Assembly (NCBI GenBank): GCA_038207335.1
Contig: JBBQZX010000003.1
Span: forward strand, 160,001 to 224,000
Length of the DNA: 64,000 nucleotides
Source: Chthoniobacterales bacterium
GTDB lineage: Bacteria; Verrucomicrobiota; Verrucomicrobiia; Chthoniobacterales; Chthoniobacteraceae
Direction of reading: 5' to 3'
The translations under genes were made by a program, and so were the position numbers. Shown in pieces: positions 51,544 through 61,642 of the stretch. How positions within the stretch are numbered: the stretch's first letter is position 1; each line of letters opens with the position of its first letter. Under the pieces are notes generated by a model. That model saw only the letters and a list, made by a program, of their open reading frames with translations. It did not search any database and had not been told where the DNA came from.

Positions 51544-52854
51544 TTAGCGCTTTCCGAGCAGCGCGCCAAATGGCTTCCAATGCCCGCTTTCACCCTGCTT
51601 CGCGCCGGCCTGAAAAGCTGCAATATCGCGCTGTAGCTCGCGCACGCTGGCATAGCGATCTTCCGGCGCGCGACTGAGCGCTTTCATGGCGATCGTGCCC
51701 AGTGCCTCGGGCATGCGGCTGCCGGGGCAGTGGGACAGCGGCGTTTTGTGAAAGCTGGCAATCGGCTTCAATGACCCGGTGAGGATTTGCTCGAGCATTT
51801 TCAGCTCATCTTCTCCCTCGATAGGTGGCTGGAGCGTGAGCACTCGGAAGAGGATCGCGCCGAGGCTGTAGATGTCGCTGCGGGCTGCGATGGCGTCGTA
51901 TGCCGCGGTCGCCTGCTCGGGTGAGGTGAATGCGGTGACCGATGGAAGCGCATCCGCCTCGGAGGCGCGGAGCGGGTCGGCGAGGGGCTCGCCTGCGGCA
52001 TTGGTGTTCTGGATTTTCGCCAAGCCCCAATTGACCACGAAAACCTCGCCAAATTCACCGATCGTGACGGCGTTCGGGCGAAGCCCACAGTGGATCACGC
52101 CGCGCGAGTGCGCGAATGCAACGGCATCGCAAACTTTCTGAAATACGACGAGCAGCGATGCGAGTGTGTGTTCCTCAGATGCCGTGCTGGAGCCGTTTGC
52201 GAGGCGGTCAAGCACATCAGCGAGCGACTCACCTTCCACGAAGCGGGTGGTGTAAAAAAGCTGGCTCTGCGCATTCACATCCAGCTCGAAGATCGGCAGG
52301 ATGCCAGGGTGCGTGAGCTGGCTCGCGATTTGAGCCTCGCGGACGAATCGCAGGACGTTCGCGGCGCCGGCCTGGCTCTCGGCACGCATCACTTTCGCCG
52401 CGACGATGCGGCCCAAAGTCGTGTCACGTGCCTCGTAAATCGCGCTCGTGCGTCCCTGCACGACGATCTCGCCGTTGTCGTAGCGGTGCGCGCGGAGGAA
52501 GCCCGGAGGTAGCGCGGAGAACACGGACGCCGGCAGCCCGCGGCGGCCAAACTCGCATCTGACGCGGCCGATTTCGATGCGACTGCGAAGGTCCACTCTG
52601 CGCTTTTCCGTAATGCGCCTGCCGTCGATGGATGAGCCATTCGCGCTGGCGAGATCTTCGAGAAAAATCTCGCGCTCGCTGGCGATTGTGAGCCGAGCGT
52701 GCTTCGAGGAGACGGAGGGCTCGTCGATCGCGATTTCACATTTGCGATCCTGGCCGATGACGTACGTGCCGCGCTGGATCAGGCAGCGCGCGAGCAGAAT
52801 TCCGTCGGCGTCGCGAAATATAGCTTCGAGCGGAGGCAGTGTCGGGGGGGGCAT
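51544..52854 (-). CDS. FHA domain + Hanks-type Ser/Thr pseudokinase
   Basis: FHA-like IGQ...SSKHARL...DLASANG; kinase VAAK, RFVREAQ, HPGI, HCGLRP, VNWGLAK, SPEQA, SDIYSLG. Confidence 0.85.
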   Translation of the reverse strand: MPPPTLPPLEAIFRDADGILLARCLIQRGTYVIGQDRKCEIAIDEPSVSSKHARLTIASEREIFLEDLASANGSSIDGRRITEKRRVDLRSRIEIGRVRCEFGRRGLPASVFSALPPGFLRAHRYDNGEIVVQGRTSAIYEARDTTLGRIVAAKVMRAESQAGAANVLRFVREAQIASQLTHPGILPIFELDVNAQSQLFYTTRFVEGESLADVLDRLANGSSTASEEHTLASLLVVFQKVCDAVAFAHSRGVIHCGLRPNAVTIGEFGEVFVVNWGLAKIQNTNAAGEPLADPLRASEADALPSVTAFTSPEQATAAYDAIAARSDIYSLGAILFRVLTLQPPIEGEDELKMLEQILTGSLKPIASFHKTPLSHCPGSRMPEALGTIAMKALSRAPEDRYASVRELQRDIAAFQAGAKQGESGHWKPFGALLGKR

Positions 52855-52937
52855 CGTTCAAATTTTAGCAGCAAACGTCGAACCAGCCAGGGCTCTTGAT
52901 TTCACGGCGATGTGCGCCTGGTACCGCAAGTCGAAAG

Positions 52938-55217
52938 TTACGGATTCTTGCCGGTGCCGCCGCCGGTTAGCGATTCGGGATCAAGATTCAGAGGGATCCG
53001 CACGCTCGGGAAATCTTTCAGCGTGAAGGTGAGAACGAACCCGTAGTCGGTGACGCCGCCATTATCGCGGATGTTCACGCCGAGTGCGGCGACCCAGCTC
53101 GAAAGGTCGCGGTGTACTGTGTAGGACTGGCTCTCAAGCGTGCCGTCGGTGATTTCGTATTGCTCGCGCGCGCTCACCGCCCAGTTGTCGTTGATGCGGT
53201 AGTAGCCGCCGAGGACGAGGAGATTACTATCGTAGATCGCGCTGTTGCCGCTGATGTAGCGGTGGCCGACATCGACGCGAAGATTCTGATTCGCGAAAAA
53301 GTTGAGCGCCGTGTTCACCTCGGTGAATCCTTTGTCGAAGACTGGAATCTGCGAGTCCACCGTCAGGTTCACCCACGGGAGCGGATACCATCGGAAGCGG
53401 TTGAAGAGGTTTGAAAATGTGCCGTCATCCTGCACGACATCGCCGACGAATTGCGGACGGTCTATGTTTACGTCGAAGTAGGTGTCGAGCTCGAACCAGT
53501 TGAACGTGAGATTGTCCCGCCGCGTCTGGAGGCGGTTGCGGACGCCGAGGCGGAAGATCGACCAGTTGTCGATCGAGTCGATCGTGTTGAACTCGGGAAA
53601 ATCGATTGGCTGGAGCTGCGTGGAGCGATTGAGGCGATCGAATTGCAAAATCTCCGACGGGTCGTTGCCGCTGTAAACGTAGGACAAGTTCGCATACGGC
53701 TGGATGACGTGGCGCAAGCCATCGAGCCCGAGCATGCGCGACTGAACCTGCTCGTAAGCGCGCGAGACTTTGAACGACGCCTCGACGTTTGCATTCACGA
53801 CGGGGCGGAAAACTGAGCCACTCCCGTTGAGGACGCTGCGCGTCGTGGACGTCGTTTTCGGGGGAGCACCGGGCGTGTCGGATGGATTACTCGTGATCGT
53901 CGTCTCATCCTGAAAACGCCCGCTGTTTTCGTAATAAGTGCCGCGCACGCCGACGTGCGGTACGATGGAAAGCCAGCCGAAATAAGTGCCCGGATAGCTG
54001 AACTGATGGAACGTGTCGGCGCGGAATGTCTCGTAGTCATCGACGAGTGAACTGGCCGCGAAATTCCGCCGATAATATCCGGCGCTCGTCTCGCCGTCGT
54101 AGAAAACGCGGGAGCCGAAGAGCGGCTGGCGCTTGATGTCCAGAGCACCTTCCGGGAGCCGCTCCGTGAGATCGAAATAGTCTTCATTCAGGTTTTTCCG
54201 AGCGATGAAATTGAGGGAATAATCTTCGTCCCACTTCGTCAGTGCGAAGACGTTGTCAGGGTTCGGGTTGGTGTGAAATTCATGCGGCGCGAAATCTTGC
54301 AGCACGCGCGCGTCGCTGAGTTTGTTGATGTCGATCGAGGCGTAGATGTCCTCGGTCAGATAAGTGCGATCTTGAAACGAAACACGGTAGCGGCTCGGGT
54401 CGATCGGCTCGCGGGTGAGGGATGTTTTATTCGTGCCGGGGCTCGAGTCGTTGATGTAGTAGCTGCGAAATCGGCCCCAGCCGCGCTTCTTCTCGTGTCC
54501 GCCCCAAAGCGACTCCAGGCCGATCCCGACGCCGCGGTCGGCGAGGATGTCGAGTCGCAGTTTCGCGGAGATATCGCCGATGGGAAATGTGTAGGTGCTG
54601 AGCAGAGCCGCGCCCCAGGTGCTGCTGTAGCCGGGGACGATTTGCAGGCCCTCTTCCTTGTCTAGCGACTGGTGCAGATACGGGAACCAGAAGATCGGAG
54701 TGCGGCCGACGTAGATCATGACGTTGCTAAAAACGACGCGATCTTTCGGATAAATGCGCACCGTTTTCGCGCGGATGTAGTAGTCGGGCTTAGAGTTGTC
54801 GCTCGTGGTGAAAAGCCCGTCCTTCACGAGATACGCATTGCTCCCGAGCGTGCTGAGCGAGTCGCCGGCGAAGCGGAACGGGTAGAAATCGCCGCGAAAG
54901 GAAGCGGCTGTGAGCTGCTTGCTCTCCAGATTGTAAACCGCGCGTTCACCGGTGAAGAGATTGCCCTCACGGTAAATCCGCACATTTCCCTCGACCAAAA
55001 CGTCGCGCGTCTCGGCGTTGTATTGCGCATGGTCGCTGTAGATGACGACCTCGCCGTAGCGGATAACGACGTTCTGATCTGCAGTCGCGAGGCCGCGCTC
55101 GAAGCCCGTCTGCTCCGCGTTGATCTCGATCGGCGCGTCGCTGAAATTGCCGAGCTGAGCCAACGCGCCCGACGTGAACGCGAGGAAAAGCGCGAGGCGA
55201 AGAAGCAGTCGATTCAT
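52938..55217 (-). CDS. lptD: LPS-assembly outer-membrane protein LptD
   Basis: Signal peptide; OstA-like N-terminus (PIEINA, VEGNV), PIFWFPY, LRHVIQPY, GVRNRLQTRR, beta-barrel C-terminus. Confidence 0.85.
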   Translation of the reverse strand: MNRLLLRLALFLAFTSGALAQLGNFSDAPIEINAEQTGFERGLATADQNVVIRYGEVVIYSDHAQYNAETRDVLVEGNVRIYREGNLFTGERAVYNLESKQLTAASFRGDFYPFRFAGDSLSTLGSNAYLVKDGLFTTSDNSKPDYYIRAKTVRIYPKDRVVFSNVMIYVGRTPIFWFPYLHQSLDKEEGLQIVPGYSSTWGAALLSTYTFPIGDISAKLRLDILADRGVGIGLESLWGGHEKKRGWGRFRSYYINDSSPGTNKTSLTREPIDPSRYRVSFQDRTYLTEDIYASIDINKLSDARVLQDFAPHEFHTNPNPDNVFALTKWDEDYSLNFIARKNLNEDYFDLTERLPEGALDIKRQPLFGSRVFYDGETSAGYYRRNFAASSLVDDYETFRADTFHQFSYPGTYFGWLSIVPHVGVRGTYYENSGRFQDETTITSNPSDTPGAPPKTTSTTRSVLNGSGSVFRPVVNANVEASFKVSRAYEQVQSRMLGLDGLRHVIQPYANLSYVYSGNDPSEILQFDRLNRSTQLQPIDFPEFNTIDSIDNWSIFRLGVRNRLQTRRDNLTFNWFELDTYFDVNIDRPQFVGDVVQDDGTFSNLFNRFRWYPLPWVNLTVDSQIPVFDKGFTEVNTALNFFANQNLRVDVGHRYISGNSAIYDSNLLVLGGYYRINDNWAVSAREQYEITDGTLESQSYTVHRDLSSWVAALGVNIRDNGGVTDYGFVLTFTLKDFPSVRIPLNLDPESLTGGGTGKNP

Positions 55218-55318
55218 GAGGGCGGGGACGCTAACGAGCGGTCGGAAAAGTGCCAACGCAAAAGGCGGCGCTTACGGCAGACTCGCACCACTCGGCGCTC
55301 CGTCGCATTCTGTGTCGG

Positions 55319-57487
55319 ATGAAACTCCCCATTTTCTCCCCGCTCTTGCTCGCCATCTCCGCCGCGCCGTTGCTCGCCGAGCCATTCGAGGCACGGCCTT
55401 GGACGGAATATCGCACCGTCATGTGGATCGGCGACAGCGCCTCGAAAAATCCGGACAAGCTCCCGCTTTTCTACAAGCGCCTCCAGGAGATGGGCATCAA
55501 TACCGGCATGGTCGGACACGCAGCCGATGCGCGTCCGCTGCTCGCGGCGGGGCTCGGGTATTACGTCGAAAATATCGTCAATCGCGGGCTGTGCCTGAAG
55601 TGGAATGCGGAGGTCAGCGACTGGGAGAAATTCGTGACCGGTTGGGCGAAGACGCGCGACGACGCGGGACTCGTGCGGGAGTATTCGCTCGACGATCCGG
55701 CGTGGCTCACGGCGGCGGCGAAAGACGTGGAAGAGGTCGTGAAAAAGAACGCTGCGCTAAAGCCGCTCGCTTACGATCTTCGCGACGAACTCTCGACGAC
55801 GATGTCGGCGAATCCGTTCGACTACGACTTCTCGCCCACCGCGTTGGAGGGCTTTCGCAAATGGCTGCAGGGCGAATACGCCGATCTCGATGCGCTGAAT
55901 CGCGAGTGGGCGACGAACTTCAAAACGTGGGAGGAGGTGCGGCCCCTCACCACCGACCAGATCAAAAATCGCATGGCCAGCGGCGACGCGATCCCGCGCG
56001 GAAAGCCCGACTGGCAGGCGTTGCAAAAGCTGAAGTTCGACCCCACGACCGCGACGAAAGAGCCCGGGCGCTGGAATTTTGCGCCGTGGGCCGACCACCG
56101 CACGTACATGGATGTCTCGCTCGCGCGGACGCTCGATGGGCTCCGCCAGACCGCGCACGCGATCGACGCGCACACGCCTGTCGGCATCGAGGGGACGCAG
56201 ATGCCGTCGGCATTCGGCGGTTACGATCTCGCGCGGCTCTCGGGCGCCCTCGACTGGGTCGAGCCGTACGATATTGGAAACTCGCGCGAGATTTTCGGCT
56301 CGTTCATGCCCGGTAAGCCGATCGTCACGACCGTCGGCGAGCAGGATGCAAAATCCGCGCAACGCCGCCTCTGGCATCTCCTGCTCGAGGGCGACAAAGG
56401 GTGCATCATCTGGTGGAGCGAAGATTGCATCGATTGGAAGAGCGACGACTACGCGCTCACGCCACGCGCCGCCGCGCTCGCGCCCGTCTTGAAAGAACTC
56501 ACCTCGCCGCTCGCGCATCTATTCATGCGGGCTCAGCGGGAGTTCGACCCAATCTTCCTGCACTACTCGCAGCCGAGCATTCAGGTCGATTGGCTCCTCG
56601 GTTCGACCGAGGACGGCTCCACATGGCTGCGCCGATTCTCCAGCTACGAGGCCAGCCACAACCGCCTCGTGAAAGTCCGCAACGCCTGGCTGAAGTCGCT
56701 CACCGATCTCGGATTTTCGCCGCGCTTCATCTCCACCCAGCAGATCGAAAAGGGCGAACTCGACCGCGGCGTGCTGGACGGCGCGAAGGCGCTCATCCTG
56801 CCGTCGTCGCTCGCGCTGACGGACGCCGAGGCCACGCGCATCCGTGCCTTTGCCAGCGGGGGCATCATGACGCATGTGCTGCTCGGCGATGGCGCGCCGG
56901 GGTGCTTCGATGGGCATGGAAAATTGCGCGCCGCGCCCGCGCTCGGGGAGACATTCCCGCTCGCAGGGTCGGCGGAAAAAGCCACCGCCCGCAGCATCGA
57001 CGCGATATCGATCGGCTCACACGCGCCACTCAAAACAAAGATCGTGAGCAAAGACGGTGACATCGCGACCTACAACTCCACCCGTGCCGCCGCCACGCCC
57101 GACCTCGCGTGGCCCGAGTGGATCGCCGCGCAGCTCGGCGACCTCCGCCCGCCGATCACCGTCCCGCTCGGCTCCCGCACCGCCATCTTCCGCTACCGGC
57201 TCGGCACCGCTCAGCTCGTCGCATTCGAGCGCAACATCTCCTACCAGATGAGCGAGGACCTCAAGCAAGCCGGCGGCAATGGCGCACTCGAAAAGCCCAT
57301 CGAAATCCGCGCCACCCTCCCCGCCGCCGCGCACATCTACGACCTGCGCACCCAGAAATACCTCGGCCAAGCCGACCACATCGACATCGCGCTCGACCCC
57401 TGGCACCCATCCCTCTACGCGGTCCTCCCCGAGAAAATCGACCCCGCCCACCTCATCGAGACCCTCGCCGCCGCGGCGAAACCCTAA
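55319..57487 (+). CDS. Secreted GH42-like (beta-galactosidase-type) glycoside hydrolase
   Basis: Signal peptide; FRKWLQGEYADLDALNREWATNF, W.DHRTYM, trimerization-like ALILPSSLALTD. Confidence 0.7.
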   Translation: MKLPIFSPLLLAISAAPLLAEPFEARPWTEYRTVMWIGDSASKNPDKLPLFYKRLQEMGINTGMVGHAADARPLLAAGLGYYVENIVNRGLCLKWNAEVSDWEKFVTGWAKTRDDAGLVREYSLDDPAWLTAAAKDVEEVVKKNAALKPLAYDLRDELSTTMSANPFDYDFSPTALEGFRKWLQGEYADLDALNREWATNFKTWEEVRPLTTDQIKNRMASGDAIPRGKPDWQALQKLKFDPTTATKEPGRWNFAPWADHRTYMDVSLARTLDGLRQTAHAIDAHTPVGIEGTQMPSAFGGYDLARLSGALDWVEPYDIGNSREIFGSFMPGKPIVTTVGEQDAKSAQRRLWHLLLEGDKGCIIWWSEDCIDWKSDDYALTPRAAALAPVLKELTSPLAHLFMRAQREFDPIFLHYSQPSIQVDWLLGSTEDGSTWLRRFSSYEASHNRLVKVRNAWLKSLTDLGFSPRFISTQQIEKGELDRGVLDGAKALILPSSLALTDAEATRIRAFASGGIMTHVLLGDGAPGCFDGHGKLRAAPALGETFPLAGSAEKATARSIDAISIGSHAPLKTKIVSKDGDIATYNSTRAAATPDLAWPEWIAAQLGDLRPPITVPLGSRTAIFRYRLGTAQLVAFERNISYQMSEDLKQAGGNGALEKPIEIRATLPAAAHIYDLRTQKYLGQADHIDIALDPWHPSLYAVLPEKIDPAHLIETLAAAAKP

Positions 57488-57892
57488 ACTCAACCAGTTT
57501 TCAGAGAAAGACGCCCTCGGCACGGTGTTCGGAAAGGGCGGCGGCATTAGTCATGGTGACGTCGCTTGTTCTGTTCCTTGGCGGCTGTGCGGACGAAGTC
57601 GAGGAGCCGTCCGTCGTCGAGAATTGTTGGATAGGTGGTTCCGGGAATGCCGCTGATATGTGGAAGCCCAATCCAGAGATAGTTTCGGTTGGTTGTCGAG
57701 CGGACAACTTGAACCGGAAAGGAATTAAGTAATTCGGAATAATCACCTCTCCGCAGCGCGCTCGCCTGCTAAATGAAGGATACGGTCCCGCGGTGAGAGG
57801 GCGTCATCGGACTGGTGGTTCGCAACACCGGAAAGGTTCAACGCATCTCCGAAGTCCTGAAAGATCACGGGCGCTGAAGTTCATGGATGATG

Positions 57893-58037
57893 GGCTAACG
57901 GTAGCTAGGCGAAGTGGCTGGTGGTCGCAGTGGGTGGTCGGCTGCGCCGAGCCAAGTGCTGCCGTAGTGATTGCGTGGCGTGGGCGGAGGCTTCTGTTTC
58001 GTAGCGCAGCAGGTCCGACCTAATGGCGACGTTCTCC
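57893..58037 (-). mobile_element. Candidate solitary, degenerate integron attC-like site
   Basis: Minus strand GGAGAAC...TTAGGTCG...CGCCTAG-N5-GTTAGCC with an unpaired extra base in the left arm; an ATG follows shortly after GTTAGCC; no integrase in the window. Confidence 0.35.
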
Positions 58038-58225
58038 GCTCCCGCGATGAGCGGGGCAAGCTCGAAATGGAAACCTTCCAGCTCCCGCTTGGCCCAGAGT
58101 TGGCAATGCCGGCGCGGATGTTTCTCCCGCCCCCTCCGCAAAGCGCGGCGCCTGTGAAAAGCGGGCGGTGATGAGAGGCGGAGATTGTATGGGGGGCGGG
58201 GGAGGTGTTCTTCTGGGTGACTGCC

Positions 58226-59488
58226 ATGCCGAACGACTCCGATCCTTCATATACACTCGCACGCGAACGCTATGCCGGCATCGGCGTGGATGTGGAGGGG
58301 GCGCTGGAGGCGCTGGCGGGGATTCCGATTTCGCTGCACTGCTGGCAGGGGGATGATGTGGGGGGATTTGAGAATGCGGGCTCGGAGCTGAGTGGCGGAA
58401 TCGCGGTGACGGGGAATTATCCGGCGAAGGCGCGGACGGCGGCGGAGTTGCGCGGGGATTTGGATAAGGCGCTGTCGCTGATCCCGGGGCGGCATCGGGT
58501 GAATTTGCACGCGTGTTACGCGGAGCTCGGCGGGCGGAAGATCGAGCGAACGGATTACACGATCGAGCATTTTCAAGATTGGGTGGACTGGTGCGGGGAG
58601 CAGGGGATGGGGCTCGATTTCAATCCGACTTTTTTCGCACATCCGCGCGCGGCGGATGGCTTCACGCTGTCGCATCGGGAGGGGAGTGTGCGGGAGTTTT
58701 GGATCGCGCATGGGATCGCGTGCCGGCGGATCGCGGCGGAGGCGGGGCGGCAGCTCGGGAATGCGGTGGTGACGAATTTTTGGATTCCCGATGGCTTCAA
58801 GGACACGCCTGCGGACCGGCGCGCGCCGCGGGAACGGCTCGCGGAATCGCTCGATGAGATTTTCGCGCAGCCGATCGATCCGGCGCTGAATCTGGATGCG
58901 GTGGAGTCGAAGCTCTTCGGGCTGGGGAGCGAAAGTTACGTGGTCGGGTCGCACGAGTTTTACCTCGGGTATGCGATCTCGCGGCAGAAGCTCTACTGCC
59001 TGGATGCGGGGCATTTTCACCCGACGGAATCGCTGGCGGACAAGGTGTCGTCGGTGCTGCAATTCGTGCCAGGGCTGCTGCTGCATGTGTCGCGCGGGGT
59101 GCGCTGGGACAGCGATCACGTGGTGCTGCTGGATGATGCGACGCGCGAGATCATGGAGGAAATCGTGCGCGGTGGATTCCTGCCGCGGACGCACATCGGG
59201 CTGGATTTCTTCGATGCGAGTATCAACCGGATCGCGGCGTGGGTGATCGGCACGCGCAACGCGCTGAAGGCGCTGTTGCTCGCGCTGCTGGAGCCGGCCC
59301 AGGAGTTGCGCGCGGCGGAGGCGGCGGGGGATTTCACCGCGCGTCTGGCGCTGATGGAGGAGGCGAAATCGATGCCATTCGGCGCGGTATGGGACGAGCA
59401 CTGCCGCCGCGCGGGTGTGCCGGTCGGCGCGGCGTGGCTCGCCGATGTGCGCGCCTACGAGAAGGACGTGCTGGCGCGGCGTGTGTAG
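58226..59488 (+). CDS. rhaA: L-rhamnose isomerase
   Basis: [64 protein letters not shown]. Confidence 0.97.
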   Translation: MPNDSDPSYTLARERYAGIGVDVEGALEALAGIPISLHCWQGDDVGGFENAGSELSGGIAVTGNYPAKARTAAELRGDLDKALSLIPGRHRVNLHACYAELGGRKIERTDYTIEHFQDWVDWCGEQGMGLDFNPTFFAHPRAADGFTLSHREGSVREFWIAHGIACRRIAAEAGRQLGNAVVTNFWIPDGFKDTPADRRAPRERLAESLDEIFAQPIDPALNLDAVESKLFGLGSESYVVGSHEFYLGYAISRQKLYCLDAGHFHPTESLADKVSSVLQFVPGLLLHVSRGVRWDSDHVVLLDDATREIMEEIVRGGFLPRTHIGLDFFDASINRIAAWVIGTRNALKALLLALLEPAQELRAAEAAGDFTARLALMEEAKSMPFGAVWDEHCRRAGVPVGAAWLADVRAYEKDVLARRV

Positions 59489-59502
59489 CCGAGCCGGAGC
59501 GC

Positions 59503-60231
59503 CTACTTTTTCGCGTAGTCCTGGCCGAGCGGCGAGAGGTCGCCCCAGCTTTGCTTCCAGAGGCTCGCGGGCTTGTCCGGGCCGGGCGTGAAATAGGCGT
59601 ATCGCTCGACGTATGATTTTCGGTCGAGCAGCCGGAAAGCTTGTTTGGCAAAGCGCTCGCGGTCGCCGCCGGAGTACTGGGCGTTGAATTCGGTGAGCCA
59701 GATTGGGAGGTGATACTGGCGGTGGATTTCGTCGAGCCAGTGCTCGAAGTCCTCTGGATTTGCGCTGCGATACCAATGGAGCGCGATGAAATCGACCCGG
59801 AGCTTTCGGCTGCGCGCGCCTTCCATGAAGCGGCTCAGCCATTCCATTCCTCTGCCATCTGAGGAAGGTGCGGGACTTCCCAGACGCAGGCCCGTGGCCA
59901 TGAGTTGGGGCCAAAGGTCGAGTGCTTCCTCGACGCTGAGATTCCCCTGATCCTTCCGCTCCGGTTCGTTGAAGCAGAGCAACGCTTTTGCGCCGCTGGC
60001 TTTGACGGCGTCGAGCGTGCGCGCATTAACGTGCGCCTTGCCTTTGATCATCGGGACGAATTCCACATCGGCTGTGCCCGCGCCGGATGGCCCCCAATTA
60101 TAGAACCAGTGGGCCTTCAGCTTCTGCGCCGTCGCTAGGTCGCCGTCCCATCCCTTTTTCACCGAGGGAGTCTGCGCCGCAGCGAGAGTGACGAGCGCGA
60201 AAAAGGCGGCGAGAAAGTGGAGGGGTCGCAT
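59503..60231 (-). CDS. Secreted glycoside hydrolase (Glyco_hydro_cc / GH128-like)
   Basis: WFYNW, FVPMI, FNEPE, DFIALHWY, PIWLTEF, VERYAYF. Confidence 0.88.
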   Translation of the reverse strand: MRPLHFLAAFFALVTLAAAQTPSVKKGWDGDLATAQKLKAHWFYNWGPSGAGTADVEFVPMIKGKAHVNARTLDAVKASGAKALLCFNEPERKDQGNLSVEEALDLWPQLMATGLRLGSPAPSSDGRGMEWLSRFMEGARSRKLRVDFIALHWYRSANPEDFEHWLDEIHRQYHLPIWLTEFNAQYSGGDRERFAKQAFRLLDRKSYVERYAYFTPGPDKPASLWKQSWGDLSPLGQDYAKK

Positions 60232-60309
60232 GGCTGCGAAGCGTAACGGCAGGAACGGGCATCTCAAGCGGCCTCTGGTCTCGCGCTCCGACGCATGTAT
60301 TATCGCGCC

Positions 60310-60654
60310 ATGCGCTGGCTTATTTTCCCCGTCCTTTCTGTTTTGCTCGCCGTCGCCAGCGCTTCGCTGGCGGCGGCACCCCCGAAAAAGCCGGCGGTGA
60401 AGCCGAAGCCGGCGGTGACGGTGAAAGATCTCGCGCTGCGAGAAGCCAAGGCGTGCGATGCGAACGGAGACGGACGCATCGAAGGGCCGGAGGTCATGAA
60501 GCTGCGCACTGCCCGAGCAACTCATCCGAAGAGCTACCTGTATCTGTTCGACGATAACAGCAACGGCTACCTCGACGATGCGGAGGTGGCAAGAATCCGG
60601 GTGCCGGTCTCGGCTCCAGCGAGTAAAAAGGCCCCGGCACCTAAAAAGCACTGA
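60310..60654 (+). CDS. Small secreted EF-hand protein
   Basis: Signal peptide; DANGDGRIEGPE and DDNSNGYLDDAE. Confidence 0.8.
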   Translation: MRWLIFPVLSVLLAVASASLAAAPPKKPAVKPKPAVTVKDLALREAKACDANGDGRIEGPEVMKLRTARATHPKSYLYLFDDNSNGYLDDAEVARIRVPVSAPASKKAPAPKKH

Positions 60655-60678
60655 CTCTCTGCGGACGGTGAGGTGCGC

Positions 60679-61548
60679 TCAGGCCGCGCCGAATGCGAGC
60701 GCCTCGAAGTTGTTTTCACTTTTAAAAACCTCCTGCCACGCGACGCCATCGCTGGAGTGGAGGAGGCGCCCGCGCCAGTTCGCTCCGACGAAATGGCCCG
60801 CGCCGAATGTGACGATCAGCGGCGCGTCTTTGTTTGATTTTCGACTCCACGCGCTGCCGTCGTATGAGATGAAAGTCGCGCCCGCTCCGACCGCGACGAA
60901 TCGGTCGCCGGCCCAGACGATGGAGTTGAGGTGCTCGCCTTCTTCGCCAGTCTGACGATTGCTCCATGTGATGCCATCGGGGCTGCTCATTCGGAGGCCG
61001 TTCAGCCCGACGCCGACGAATTTCCCCGCGCCGAACGCGACATCGACGAGCGTGTCGATGGCCTTCACTCCGGGCGCATCAGTCCACGTCTTGCCATCGG
61101 GTGAAGCAGCGCGTCGCCCGCGGTCGCCTACGCCGACGATCAAGCCATTCCCTGTGGCGAAGCGTCGCAGGATGAATTTCCCGGTCAGCTCGATGAACGG
61201 GCCCCATGATTTTCCATCGATCGAAGTAAGCGCGAATGGCTTTGCGAGTCCGACCGTGCCGGGGTCGCCGCCGAGCGCGATGAAAACGCCATTTTGCCAG
61301 ACGATGCCGCGGACGTAGCGGCTGTAATTGCCCTCGAATTTCGATGCCTCCCAAGTCGCGCCGTCGGTCGTCGTGGCGAAAATATTCGTGCCCCCGTAGC
61401 TCCCGGCGGCGACGAATCGCCCGCCACCAAACGTGATCGCGCGATACGTTTCGCCTTCCTTGCCGGTCAACGCATTTTTCCACTCGGTGCCATTTTCGGA
61501 GGTGATGCGCTGGCCGTTCTGGCCGACTGCGATGAAGAGGCTGGGCAT
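60679..61548 (-). CDS. BNR/WD40-like repeat beta-propeller protein
   Basis: Repeated S.DG.TW...FG.G.FV.VG units. Confidence 0.8.
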   Translation of the reverse strand: MPSLFIAVGQNGQRITSENGTEWKNALTGKEGETYRAITFGGGRFVAAGSYGGTNIFATTTDGATWEASKFEGNYSRYVRGIVWQNGVFIALGGDPGTVGLAKPFALTSIDGKSWGPFIELTGKFILRRFATGNGLIVGVGDRGRRAASPDGKTWTDAPGVKAIDTLVDVAFGAGKFVGVGLNGLRMSSPDGITWSNRQTGEEGEHLNSIVWAGDRFVAVGAGATFISYDGSAWSRKSNKDAPLIVTFGAGHFVGANWRGRLLHSSDGVAWQEVFKSENNFEALAFGAA

Positions 61549-61642
61549 GTTTCTAATGGGTGAATGGCAAATGAGTCGCGAAGCTCACATGACGAATGCA
61601 GTCGCGCCGCGAGGCTCGCGGGAGTAGGACTTTCTGCCACCC

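Noticed and set aside
57553..57732. 59-aa plus-strand ORF with an LGGC lipobox
   Set aside because: No basic N-region, short, and in a decayed island whose more protein-like frames are on the other strand
58247..59914. 555-aa minus-strand ORF
   Set aside because: Antisense shadow of rhaA caused by its G-skewed codons
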